A DNA stretch of 64,000 nucleotides from Candidatus Velthaea sp. Lineage in GTDB: Bacteria > Vulcanimicrobiota > Vulcanimicrobiia > Vulcanimicrobiales > Vulcanimicrobiaceae. Location of the stretch: contig CBDCCS010000022.1 in NCBI GenBank assembly GCA_965214935.1, forward strand, positions 672,001-736,000. The letters run 5' to 3'. The notes under the pieces are model-generated. The model did no database searches, was not told the DNA's origin, and saw only the letters and a program-made list of their open reading frames with translations. Shown here piece after piece: positions 53,408 to 63,591 of the stretch (position 1 is the first letter of the stretch; every line of letters starts with the position of its first letter). The position numbers and the translations under genes are program-made.

Positions 53408-55822
53408 GTGGCAATTAAGAAGTCTGAGTTGTACTCCTCGCTGTGGCAAAGCTGCGACGAACTTCGCGGCGGCATGGATGCTAGTCAGTACAAGGATTAC
53501 GTCCTCGTTCTGCTTTTCATTCGGTACGTCAGCGACAAGTATGCTGGTCAGAAGTACGGCGAGATCCAAGTTCCTGAAGGTTCAAGCTTTAAGGACATGG
53601 TTGCGCTCAAAGGGAAGTCAGACATCGGCGACCAGATCAACAAAAAGATTGTCGCGCCACTCGCCGCAGCAAATAAGCTTTCTGACATGCCGGACTTTGC
53701 CGATACGAACAAGCTCGGTAGCGGCAAGGATATGGTCGATAGACTAACCAGCCTCATTGCCATCTTCGAGAATAAGGCACTCGACTTCTCGAAGAATCGT
53801 GCCGATGGCGATGATATCCTCGGAGATGCTTACGAGTATCTAATGCGCCACTTTGCTACCGAGAGCGGCAAATCCAAGGGCCAGTTTTACACGCCTGCTG
53901 AGGTCAGCCGCGTCATCGCAAAGATTACTGGTATCGGCGAAGCTGTTACAACGGCTCAGACGACGGTTTACGATCCAACCTGCGGCTCCGGCTCACTCCT
54001 TTTGAAAGTCGCAGACGAGGCCGGAACTAAGGTGACGATCTACGGGCAAGAAAAAGATGCCGCGACCAGCGGCCTTGCACGTATGAATATGATTTTGCAT
54101 AAAGTTCCGACCGCGCAGATCATTCAGGGTAACACGCTAGCTGATCCGAAGTTCACTGAAAAAGATTCAAACGGCGCTGATATACTGAAGATGTTCGACT
54201 ACGTTGTTGCGAATCCGCCGTTCTCGGACAAACGCTGGATCAACGGGCTCGATCCCCTCAACGACACCTTTAACCGCTTTAAGGCATTCGGCGAGCCACC
54301 CCACAAGCAGGGCGACTATGCGTATTTGCTTCACATCGTTGCGTCGCTGAAGAGCACCGGCGTTGGAATCTGCGTTCTGCCGCACGGTGTACTGTTTCGC
54401 GGTAATGCGGAAGCCGTGATTCGCGAGAAGCTCATCAAGAAAGGCTACATCTCCGCGATTATCGGCCTACCACCCAATCTTTTTTATGGCACCGGTATTC
54501 CGGCGTGCCTCGTCGTCGTCGACAAGAAGCCCGCTCAGGAACGTGGCGGCATCTTTATGATTGATGCGAGTGCCGGATTCATGAAGGATGGGCCAAAGAA
54601 TCGCCTGCGTGCTGAAGACATTCACAAAATTGTCGACACGTTCAAGCGCAAGGCTGAAGTCCCACGCTATTCGCGCATGGTGTCAAACGCAGAGATTGAG
54701 AAGAACGGTTTCAACCTCAATCTCCCCCGTTACATCGACAGCCAAGTAGCTGAAGACATTCAAGATATCGCCGGGCATCTTCAAGGTGGAATTCCTGTCG
54801 CCGACGTTGATGCTCTGGATCGCTACTGGGCGGTTTGCCCTGGGCTACGGAATGCGCTCTTTAAGCCCAATCGTCCAGGCTACGTCGACTTGGCCGTTGG
54901 CAAGGATCTCATCAAGTCGACGATCTACACGCACCCGGAGTTTGAGTCGTTTATCGCCGAGATGACCGCACATTTCGCAACCTGGCGAGATGCGAGTTTC
55001 AAAACTCTGAAAGCTCTTACCGTTGGCACCCATCCAAAGACGGTGATCTCAAAGCTATCCGAAGACCTCCTTGCTCATTACATTGGGAATCCGCTCATCG
55101 ACTCGTACGCCGTTTATCAGCATCTCATGGACTACTGGGATGAGACCATGCAGGACGATTGCTACTTCATCGCCTCGGATGGTTGGAAGGCCGAAACAAG
55201 CCGCGTTATCGAGGTCAATAAGAAAACGGGCAAAGAAAAGGACAAGGGTTGGGTATGTGACCTCGTTCCAAAGCAATATGTCGCCGCAAGATATTTTGGC
55301 AAGGAGCGGCACGACATTGATACGCTGGCTGCGGACGTCGAAAGCCTCGCTGCTAAGATCAATGAGCTTGAAGAAGAGCACAATGTCGACGGTGGATTTT
55401 TGGATTTCGACCCTGTCAATAAAGCGAACGTGTCTGTTCGCATCAGGGAGATTGCTGGCGACACGCAGTCACTTGATGAGACCGAAGTCCTGAAGTCTTG
55501 GGTTAAGCTCAACGGTGACCAAACCGATGCGCGAAAGAAGCTGAATACGGCGGAGTCGGAGCTTGATTCTCTTGCTTATGCCAAGTATCCAACGCTCGTC
55601 GAGTCTGAAATCAAGAAGCTCGTTGTTGATGATAAATGGTTGGCAACGATGAGCAGTACCGTTCATGGAGAACTTCATCGCGTGAGTCAACAGCTTGCGA
55701 TGCGCGTTAAAGAACTTGCAGAACGTTACGAGACTCCCGCGCCAGAAATGGCAATCCGCGCCTTGGCCCTAGAGTCAAAGGTTAATATTGACCTTGAACG
55801 GATGGGCTTTTCGTGGATGTGA
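53408..55822 (+). CDS. hsdM: Type I R-M methyltransferase subunit
   Basis: GQFYTP, YDPTCGSGSLL, VANPPF and PHGVLFRG; C-terminal coiled-coil extension. Confidence 0.96.
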   Translation: MAIKKSELYSSLWQSCDELRGGMDASQYKDYVLVLLFIRYVSDKYAGQKYGEIQVPEGSSFKDMVALKGKSDIGDQINKKIVAPLAAANKLSDMPDFADTNKLGSGKDMVDRLTSLIAIFENKALDFSKNRADGDDILGDAYEYLMRHFATESGKSKGQFYTPAEVSRVIAKITGIGEAVTTAQTTVYDPTCGSGSLLLKVADEAGTKVTIYGQEKDAATSGLARMNMILHKVPTAQIIQGNTLADPKFTEKDSNGADILKMFDYVVANPPFSDKRWINGLDPLNDTFNRFKAFGEPPHKQGDYAYLLHIVASLKSTGVGICVLPHGVLFRGNAEAVIREKLIKKGYISAIIGLPPNLFYGTGIPACLVVVDKKPAQERGGIFMIDASAGFMKDGPKNRLRAEDIHKIVDTFKRKAEVPRYSRMVSNAEIEKNGFNLNLPRYIDSQVAEDIQDIAGHLQGGIPVADVDALDRYWAVCPGLRNALFKPNRPGYVDLAVGKDLIKSTIYTHPEFESFIAEMTAHFATWRDASFKTLKALTVGTHPKTVISKLSEDLLAHYIGNPLIDSYAVYQHLMDYWDETMQDDCYFIASDGWKAETSRVIEVNKKTGKEKDKGWVCDLVPKQYVAARYFGKERHDIDTLAADVESLAAKINELEEEHNVDGGFLDFDPVNKANVSVRIREIAGDTQSLDETEVLKSWVKLNGDQTDARKKLNTAESELDSLAYAKYPTLVESEIKKLVVDDKWLATMSSTVHGELHRVSQQLAMRVKELAERYETPAPEMAIRALALESKVNIDLERMGFSWM

Positions 55823-57093
55823 AGCCAAGATTCAAAACTTCAGATGTGGGCGAAATCCCCCAAGAATGGTCTGCTGAAACTCTCGGACGGCTCGTCGAGC
55901 GGCTATCTAACGGCTTCGGATATACAAAAAGTGCCGTATCTGACTTTCCAGTAACAAGAATTGAAACAATCTCAGATGGCGTAATTAATTTCGAGCGCGT
56001 GGGCTATGCCAAAAGAGAAGCGAATATCGAGAAGTTCCGTTTACAAGCTGGTGATATACTTTTTAGCCATATCAATAGCCTAGATCATATTGGTAAGGTC
56101 GCGCTTTATGATGGCCTTATTCCGCTCTATCATGGCATGAATCTGCTGCTCTTGCGTCCGGGGGCCCGGATCAATGCCAAGTATCTATATTACTGGCTGT
56201 CTTCTCTTCCGGGCCGACGTACTTCCACACTCCTTGCGAGACAAGCTGTAAGCCAAGCGAGCATTAATACTGCAGATCTGCGGGCCGTTTCGGTGCCGTT
56301 GCCCCCGACCAGGTCCGAGCAAGATGCCATCGCCGAGGCGCTGAGCGACGCGGATGCCTACATCGAATCGCTAGAGCAACTGCTTGCGAAGAAGCTCAAA
56401 ATAAAGCTGGGCGCGATGCAAGAACTGCTCACTGGTAAGCGGCGACTGCCGGGATTCGAAGTTAAACAAGGAGTTAAGTCTTCCGAAGTCGGTGTAATTC
56501 CGGAAGATTGGAACGTACATTCACTTAGTGATATCTCGGATTTGAAGAACGGTTACGCTTTTGAGAGCAATACTTATAGCGAACTAGGAGTCTTCAATGT
56601 AATAACCATATCCAACGTGCAGGACGGCTATATGGACGGTATAGCAAGTTGTAATAGAGTGTCCGTTCTCCCGCGAGACTTGCAACAACATCAACGCCTT
56701 GCTGCTGGAGACATACTGATCTCGATGACGGGTAACGTTGGTCGTATGTGTCGCGTGAGTGAATCGAACTGCCTCCTGAATCAACGCGTGGGTAAACTAC
56801 TTCCGAAGGGCGTTGACCCAACGTATTTATTCTTGTTGCTATCTCAGCCGACGTTTCAGGGTCAGATGTCGGAAAGGGCAACCGGTGGCGCACAAGATAA
56901 TTTGAGCAAGAGCGATATCCTTGGTTACCGCTTCGCTTCGCCATCGAAGAGGGCCGAACAAATTGCAATCGCAGCAGTTTTGTCGGATATAAATGATGAG
57001 GCGGCCGAAATTCAGGCGAAGCTTGTAAAAGCACGATGTATTAAGCAAGGTATGATGCAACAGCTTTTCACTGGAAAGATTCGCCTCGTATGA
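55813..57093 (+). CDS. hsdS: Type I R-M specificity subunit
   Basis: Two TRDs; EQDAIAEAL...MQELLTGK and EQIAIA...MQQLFTGK conserved regions. Confidence 0.95.
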   Translation: MDVKPRFKTSDVGEIPQEWSAETLGRLVERLSNGFGYTKSAVSDFPVTRIETISDGVINFERVGYAKREANIEKFRLQAGDILFSHINSLDHIGKVALYDGLIPLYHGMNLLLLRPGARINAKYLYYWLSSLPGRRTSTLLARQAVSQASINTADLRAVSVPLPPTRSEQDAIAEALSDADAYIESLEQLLAKKLKIKLGAMQELLTGKRRLPGFEVKQGVKSSEVGVIPEDWNVHSLSDISDLKNGYAFESNTYSELGVFNVITISNVQDGYMDGIASCNRVSVLPRDLQQHQRLAAGDILISMTGNVGRMCRVSESNCLLNQRVGKLLPKGVDPTYLFLLLSQPTFQGQMSERATGGAQDNLSKSDILGYRFASPSKRAEQIAIAAVLSDINDEAAEIQAKLVKARCIKQGMMQQLFTGKIRLV

Positions 57094-60000
57094 GCGATGT
57101 AGGTAAGCCAGAGCGCGTGACCCAGGATCGAGTGAAAGCGCTCTTTCGGGATGTGCTCGGTTACGATTTCCTGGGTGATTGGACGGAACGTGCCACCAAC
57201 AGCAATATCGAAGAGAAGTATCTGTCCGAATGGCTGACACAGCGTGGATATACTCCAGCGCAGGTCAACATGGCGATGCAGCGGCTACGGACGGAAGCGA
57301 CAAATCACAATCGCGGCCTGTACGGAAACAATAAGGAAGTCTACTCGCTGCTGCGGTACGGCGTGTCCGTCAAGACCGATGTTGCCGAGAACAGCGAAAT
57401 CGTTCAATTTATTGACTGGAACAAGCCCGACGCTAATCATTTCGCCATTGCCGAAGAAGTTACACTCAAGGGCAATTTTGAGCGGCGACCGGATATTGTG
57501 TTGTACGTCAACGGCATCGCTGTTGGCGTCCTGGAACTCAAGAAGAGTCGCATAAGTGTTGGAGAGGGCATCCGGCAGAATCTTTCAAATCAGCAACCCG
57601 ATTTTCACGAGTGGTTCTTTAGTACGGTTCAGTTTGTTCTCGCGGGCAATGATTCCGAAGGCCTCAAATACGGCTCGATCCTGACCCCAGAGAAATTTTT
57701 TAATACCTGGAAAGAAGACGAGGCTGACAACAAGGGCTCAAAACTCGACAAGTACTTGATCAAGATGTTCAGTAACCAGCGTCTTATTGAACTCATGCAT
57801 GATTTCGTTCTGTTCGACGGCGGCATCAAGAAGCTGCCCCGAGTACATCAATATTTCGGTATCAAGGCGGCTCAGAAGCATGTTGCCGAGCGAAGGGGCG
57901 GCATAATCTGGCACACACAGGGCAGCGGTAAGAGTATCGTTATGGTCTTGCTTGCAAAATGGATCCTTGAGAACAACCCAAATGCTCGTGTTGCAATCAT
58001 TACTGACCGTGACGAACTCGATAAGCAAATTGAGGCGGTATTCGGTTCAGCGGGTGAGACCCTGAAGCGAACCGGAAGTGGTCGCGAATTGATGCGGCAG
58101 CTTGGACAGGCTTCCCCTCGTCTCATGTGTTCGCTGGTGCACAAGTTCGGTCGTAAAGATGTCGATGACTTTGAAGCCTTTATCAAAGAGATCGAAGCTC
58201 AGCCGACTTTAACGGTTGGAGATATCTTCGTTTTCGTTGACGAGTGCCACCGGACCCAGAGTGGTCGCCTGCACCGGGTGATGAAGGCAACGATGCCCGA
58301 GGCAACCTTTATTGGGTTCACGGGAACACCGCTTCTTAAGAAAGATAGCAAGACCAGCCTCGAAGTGTTCGGCGGCTACATCCACACCTATAAATTCGAC
58401 GAGGCAGTTGCAGATCGTGTGGTACTTGACCTTGCGTACGATCCGCGTGATATAGACCAGCGACTGGGCTCGAAGGACAAAATCGACAAATGGTTCGCTG
58501 CCAAGACGAAGGGTTTGAACAACTGGAAGCAAGACGAGCTTAAGAAGCACTGGGCAACGATGCAGAACGTGCTGAGTTCGCAGTCACGCATGAGCCGCGT
58601 TGTTGCTGACATCGTCTTCGACTTCGAAACGAATCCGCGCCTTTCTAGCGGGCGCGGTAACGCAATTCTTATCGCATCGAGCATTTACGAAGCGTGCAAG
58701 TATTATCTGCTCTTTCAGCAGACGCGGCTTAAGAAGCGCTGCGCTATTGTCACGTCGTACAGCCCGCAAGCCAGCAACGTCACGTTGGAAGAGACGGGTG
58801 CAAATACCGAGACAGATAAGCAGTTCATTTACAACACATATACTGATCTTCTTGTGAACGTCGAAGCGAAGCCGGGCAAGAGCAAGACTGAGACATACGA
58901 AGATGCGGCCAAGGATAAGTTCATAAAAGAGCCCGCGAATATGAAACTGCTTGTTGTTGTCAACAAATTGCTCACCGGCTTCGACGCGCCGCCATGTAGC
59001 GTTTTATATATTGACAAGTCGATGCAAGACCATGGGCTGTTCCAAGCAATTTGTCGGACCAACCGGCTCGATACAGACGACAAAGAGTTCGGCAACATCG
59101 TCGACTACAAAGACCTGTTTAAGAAGGTCAAAGGAGCGATGGCTGTCTACACGTCCGAACTTGATGACAGTTCTGGCGGTGAACCACCTGAGGTGTTGCT
59201 CGAAGATCGTCTTTCCAAGTGCCGTGAGCGCCTAGAGAATTCTCTTGAAACTCTCGTGCTTCTATGCGAGCCGGTGGAGCCGCCAAAGGGCGAGATCGAG
59301 TACATTCACTACTTCGTGGGCAACTCCGAGATTGAAAGTGACGCCGCTGAACGCGAGCCTCAGCGAGTCGCCCTCTATAAGGCCGTCGTATCATATATGC
59401 GAGGAATGGCCGACTTGGCGGATGAGATGGAACTTGCGGGCTTCAGCCCAGAGCAGGTAGCTCATTTCAACGAACGACGCACGTACTACCTGAATATTCG
59501 GGACATTGTTCGGAAGGCCAGCGGTGAGTACCTAGACCTCAAGCCGTTCGAAGCTGACATGCGCCATCTCATCGACACATATATTGAAGCTGATGAGCCG
59601 AGGAAGCTGTCGCCATTCGATGACATGACGTTACTCCAGGTCATTGCGAAGATTGGGATTCAAGAAGCAATAGCTGAGCAAATGAAGGAAATGAATGGCA
59701 ACAAGGAAGCCATAGCAGAAACAATTGAGAATAATATTCGGAAGAAGCTTGTTGCACAGCGGCTGCTCGATCCAGTCTACTTCGATACAATGTCGGCACT
59801 CTTGAACGAAATCATCGCTCAGCGGAAGGCAAAGGCGGAAGAATATGAGGAGTATCTGCAGCGACTAGCTGCCCTCGTTAAGAAAGTCGAAGTTGGCTTC
59901 TCGGATGAGACGCCTTCTGCCCTTGACACGCCTGCCAAGCGCGCTCTATGGAATAATCTTGGCCGTGACGAGAATCTTGCCCTTAAAGTTGATGAGGCCG

Positions 60001-60140
60001 TACGTATAAACCGGCCCGACGCTTGGCGTGGCGTGTACCCGCGTGAGATGACGGTGAAAGGCATCCTCTACAGTTGTCTACTGGACGAGGCGGAAGTCGA
60101 ACGCATATTTTCTATAGTTGTCGCGCAGGGCGAATACTAA
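57090..60140 (+). CDS. hsdR: Type I R-M restriction subunit
   Basis: PDIVLYVNG..ELK nuclease, HTQGSGKS, DECHR, FTGTP, LTGFDAP and QAICRTNR motifs. Confidence 0.96.
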   Translation: MSDVGKPERVTQDRVKALFRDVLGYDFLGDWTERATNSNIEEKYLSEWLTQRGYTPAQVNMAMQRLRTEATNHNRGLYGNNKEVYSLLRYGVSVKTDVAENSEIVQFIDWNKPDANHFAIAEEVTLKGNFERRPDIVLYVNGIAVGVLELKKSRISVGEGIRQNLSNQQPDFHEWFFSTVQFVLAGNDSEGLKYGSILTPEKFFNTWKEDEADNKGSKLDKYLIKMFSNQRLIELMHDFVLFDGGIKKLPRVHQYFGIKAAQKHVAERRGGIIWHTQGSGKSIVMVLLAKWILENNPNARVAIITDRDELDKQIEAVFGSAGETLKRTGSGRELMRQLGQASPRLMCSLVHKFGRKDVDDFEAFIKEIEAQPTLTVGDIFVFVDECHRTQSGRLHRVMKATMPEATFIGFTGTPLLKKDSKTSLEVFGGYIHTYKFDEAVADRVVLDLAYDPRDIDQRLGSKDKIDKWFAAKTKGLNNWKQDELKKHWATMQNVLSSQSRMSRVVADIVFDFETNPRLSSGRGNAILIASSIYEACKYYLLFQQTRLKKRCAIVTSYSPQASNVTLEETGANTETDKQFIYNTYTDLLVNVEAKPGKSKTETYEDAAKDKFIKEPANMKLLVVVNKLLTGFDAPPCSVLYIDKSMQDHGLFQAICRTNRLDTDDKEFGNIVDYKDLFKKVKGAMAVYTSELDDSSGGEPPEVLLEDRLSKCRERLENSLETLVLLCEPVEPPKGEIEYIHYFVGNSEIESDAAEREPQRVALYKAVVSYMRGMADLADEMELAGFSPEQVAHFNERRTYYLNIRDIVRKASGEYLDLKPFEADMRHLIDTYIEADEPRKLSPFDDMTLLQVIAKIGIQEAIAEQMKEMNGNKEAIAETIENNIRKKLVAQRLLDPVYFDTMSALLNEIIAQRKAKAEEYEEYLQRLAALVKKVEVGFSDETPSALDTPAKRALWNNLGRDENLALKVDEAVRINRPDAWRGVYPREMTVKGILYSCLLDEAEVERIFSIVVAQGEY

Positions 60141-60859
60141 TGGTTAAGCGTATCGAGCTTGGTGACATCCCGATTGACGTTATATTCAAGGATGTAAAGA
60201 ACGTCCATTTGAGTGTGCATCCGCCAGCGGGTCGCGTGAGTGTTGCCGCGCCTGTACGGATGACCTTGGACATGATACGCGTCTTCGCAATTACGAAACT
60301 TGGCTGGATAAAGCGCCAGCGAAAACGCCTTCGTGAGCAAGCTCGGGAAACTCCCCGAGAACTTCTTGGACGAGAAAGCCATTTCTTCTGGGGCCAACGC
60401 TATCTGCTGGATGTGGTCGAAGACACCGGCAAGACAGCCGTTGTCGTTAGACCGAGTCGGATCGTCATGCATGTTCAGCCGGGAGCAACGGTGGAGCGGA
60501 AGCATGCAATTCTAGCCGAGTGGTATCGAGAGCAAATTAAAGCAACGGTTCCGGATGTTGTCGCGAAGTGGGCACCGCAAATTGGCGCTACCGTGAACAA
60601 GATCTATGTTCAGCAAATGAAGACGAAGTGGGGAAGCTGTAATTCGATTGCTGGTTCGATTCGACTAAACACGGAACTTGCGAAAAAACCGAGAGAATGC
60701 TTCGAGTATGTAGTAGTTCATGAAATGATGCATCTTCTGGAACCGACGCATAATTCGCGGTTCATGGCGATGATGGACCGGGTGATGCCAAACTGGCGCG
60801 TTCTTCGTAATCAATTAAACGAGTTACCCGTTGGCCATGAAGAGTGGAAGCATGAGTAG
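60140..60859 (+). CDS. YgjP/DUF45 (M48-like) Zn-metalloprotein
   Basis: KWGSC, VVHEMMHL and H..RF motifs; TAATG coupling to hsdR. Confidence 0.9.
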   Translation: MVKRIELGDIPIDVIFKDVKNVHLSVHPPAGRVSVAAPVRMTLDMIRVFAITKLGWIKRQRKRLREQARETPRELLGRESHFFWGQRYLLDVVEDTGKTAVVVRPSRIVMHVQPGATVERKHAILAEWYREQIKATVPDVVAKWAPQIGATVNKIYVQQMKTKWGSCNSIAGSIRLNTELAKKPRECFEYVVVHEMMHLLEPTHNSRFMAMMDRVMPNWRVLRNQLNELPVGHEEWKHE

Positions 60860-61067
60860 GTACTCGGCTGAGCGAGAGGGTCTTCACAAGAAGGCGACAT
60901 ACACTTTGCCACCTGACGTGCTCGATGCTATCGACAAGCAATGGCGCTTTCATAAAACCTTGGCAACAACTTTGGCCGACTCAAAAAGTGGCTACATTGC
61001 TGACTTGGTTCGGCGTGATTCGGCAAGAAAGACATCGGCGGCCATAAAAAAGTCTTCGACTTCTTAA
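60852..61067 (+). CDS. Small ribbon-helix-helix-like protein
   Basis: KATYTLPPDVLDAID...SKSGYIADLV. Confidence 0.55.
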   Translation: MSRYSAEREGLHKKATYTLPPDVLDAIDKQWRFHKTLATTLADSKSGYIADLVRRDSARKTSAAIKKSSTS

Positions 61068-61293
61068 AATTGAGCGCGACGGCTGATACATGAAAATACG
61101 GTCACGACAAGTCTGTCGGGCCGTTTCTTATTTTGGTATAATATCAGGCCGACCTAAGTTCGGTCGGCCGTTTAAATATCGCACATCATACCGCGACCTA
61201 CGGATTTGAGCCCCAGTCGGTCGCGGGATAACGCTGACCCAATTCTACCACGCAATCGTGGTGGGCTAGGTCGACGCGGAAAGGGCAATCCTT

Positions 61294-61575
61294 TTGTCTC
61301 ATCCGTTCCTCTTGAACCCCAGCCCTTTCGTCTGCCTCCGGAAGAAATACGGCCTGTCTCGACAGCAAGCCGGGCAGAAACTCAAGTTGCCGCGCCGGTA
61401 CATCACCATCCTCGAAATGCAAACTCAGGGCGTTCCTGCCTTCGTCCTCGACGCCATCGACCGAACCTTTTCACCGGACCCATCCATCCAACTCGACTTC
61501 TGGGAGCTTGTTCTCGACGGAGCCGGGGAAGGGGAGGGGGGTCGTAACACTGACTCTGACGCCCAACGCGATTAG
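61294..61575 (+). CDS. XRE-type HTH protein
   Basis: LRKKYGLSRQQAGQKLKLPRRYITILE. Confidence 0.5.
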   Translation: MSHPFLLNPSPFVCLRKKYGLSRQQAGQKLKLPRRYITILEMQTQGVPAFVLDAIDRTFSPDPSIQLDFWELVLDGAGEGEGGRNTDSDAQRD

Positions 61576-61782
61576 GGCCTTAGGTCCCGAAAGATCAAGG
61601 TTGCCAAATCGCGCACTTTTCGCGGATGGATTCTTTTGATCTACTAGTCTCAGGTGTTGGGTCCGACCTTGAAAGACCCCGTGCGCGGTGAGACGAGAAC
61701 TGGCAACTGCGGTCGTGAAACTTGTCGAGAAATAGCCTGGGGCAACCTGGGAGCCCGGACGTGATCGCCGGGGTGGAAAAAA

Positions 61783-62385
61783 TTGGAGTGCCGACACCGC
61801 GACCCTGCTCTCAACTGCCAGCGCAGGTCGGCACTATACTTCAGATTATACAACGGCTCTCAATCGTTCGAAAGTCTGAAATCAAGGCAAACAACATCCG
61901 TGGCCAAAGACCACAGCGACTCAACCGACAATCTCAACGACGACTCAATTGAAGCCCAACCTGGACCAGCGACCGATAATTTTATCGAATCGCCGTCCGT
62001 TCAATCGGCCGTTCAGAATCCGGACCAAGCTCCAAGACAACAGAAGCGCGCCGCAAAACGTGCTGCGTTAAAACCGAAGATTGTCTCTAACGCTCAGCCC
62101 GCAAATGTAAGTGCGCAGGTCTATCGTCTGCGAACAAAGATTGAAGGTTTCTTTTCGATTCTCAAGCGCATCTCCGGCGACCATTGTTGGTCACGCGGTA
62201 GGCCGCGACAAACCAAGAACGCTGAGGAACCGTGCATCGCGTGGAAGAATGAAACGCTCTGCAAGTTCATCTTCATGAATCTGCGAACGACGGTTTCGCT
62301 GCAAGAAGAAACCGGATACACGATTGACTATGCCACCGACCGTTTCTTCCCGGCACCGATTGAGCCTCTCATCGCTGCCGCTTAG
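61783..62385 (+). pseudogene. C-terminal part of a DDE transposase (IS4 superfamily YREK motif)
   Basis: YRLRTKIEGFFSILK = Y(2)R(3)E(6)K; NETLCK...N; no recognisable N-terminal catalytic region. Confidence 0.65.
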
Positions 62386-62479
62386 CTATCACGGACGGTA
62401 ATCACGAAAAGAAAGGGCCGAGCTTCGCTTGGCCTTTTTTTCATTGGTCGGACTGAGGTTGCCCCGTCGGGTATCCAGC

Positions 62480-63330
62480 TCATAGCCAGAGAGAGATCGT
62501 TGAGGTGAGCTGGCTTTTTGCGAACTCGTTCGGCGTTAGATTGCCGAGCGATGTGTGCGGTCTAGCGGCGTTGTAATCGACGCGCCATTGTTCGATGATC
62601 TGTCGAGCTTCGGCTAGTGACCGGAAAACATTGTCGTTGAGGCATTCATCTCTGAATCGACCGTTGAAGCTTTCGATGAATGCGTTCTGCGTCGGTTTAC
62701 CGGGCTCGATGTAGTGCAATTGTACACGAGTTCGCTTTGCAAAATCAAGCATCGCGTTACTCGTTAGTTCTGTGCCGTTGTCCATCACGAGTGTTGTGGG
62801 ATATTCACCGCGCTCATTCGCAATTCGATGCAGAACGCGTGCAACACGAGAACCACAAAGCGATGTATCAACCTCGATCGCAAGCGCTTCACGCGTGAAG
62901 TCGTCGACGATGTTAAGAGCTCGAATGCGTCGGCCGTTCTGCAAGGTGTCATGAACGAAGTCGAGCGACCACCTTTCATTAACCCGTGTAACCATCGGCG
63001 CGGGCTCGCCGCGGCCGAGAGCAACGCGGCGCTTAAGCCGCTTGCGTACTTGAAGCTTCGCCGCTGCGTAAAGCCGGTAGATGCGTTTGTGATTGGCGAT
63101 AATTCCCTCGCGCCGCAAGAGTACGCCAAGTCGCCGATATCCAAAGCGCCGGCGTTGCATCGCAATGTCGTGTAGTCGCTCAAGAATCTTTGGATCTTCA
63201 CTTCGGATCACCAACTTGCGCCGGTATGTCCGCCGATTGCAGCTTACGACTATGCAGGCTTTGCGTTCGCTCAGCCCGATTGTTTCTATCACCGCCCGCG
63301 CAGCTCGTCGCCGCTCCGCGGGCGTTAGAA
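62480..63330 (-). CDS. IS3 transposase OrfB (DDE), expressed by -1 frameshift
   Basis: [42 protein letters not shown]. Confidence 0.93.
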
Positions 63331-63591
63331 GTTTCCCGAGGCGATCAGTTTTAGCGCGTCGATCTCGAGCGCAGAATCGGCCAGCAATCTTTTTAGTCGA
63401 CGATTCTCGTCCTCAAGCGATCGCATCTTGGCGACGTCGCTAACCTCCATGCCGCCAAACTTCGACTTCCAAGCGTAAAACGTCGCCGAGCTGATGCCAT
63501 GCTTGCGACACAGTTCAGCCGTTTTTGCGCCGGCCTCGGACTCTTTGAGGATGCCTACAATCTGTTCTTCGGTAAAGCGCGATTTCTTCAC
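63325..63591 (-). CDS. IS3 transposase OrfA
   Basis: [11 protein letters not shown]...CRKHGIS.ATFY.WK...LEDENRRLK. Confidence 0.95.
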   Translation of the reverse strand: MKKSRFTEEQIVGILKESEAGAKTAELCRKHGISSATFYAWKSKFGGMEVSDVAKMRSLEDENRRLKRLLADSALEIDALKLIASGNF

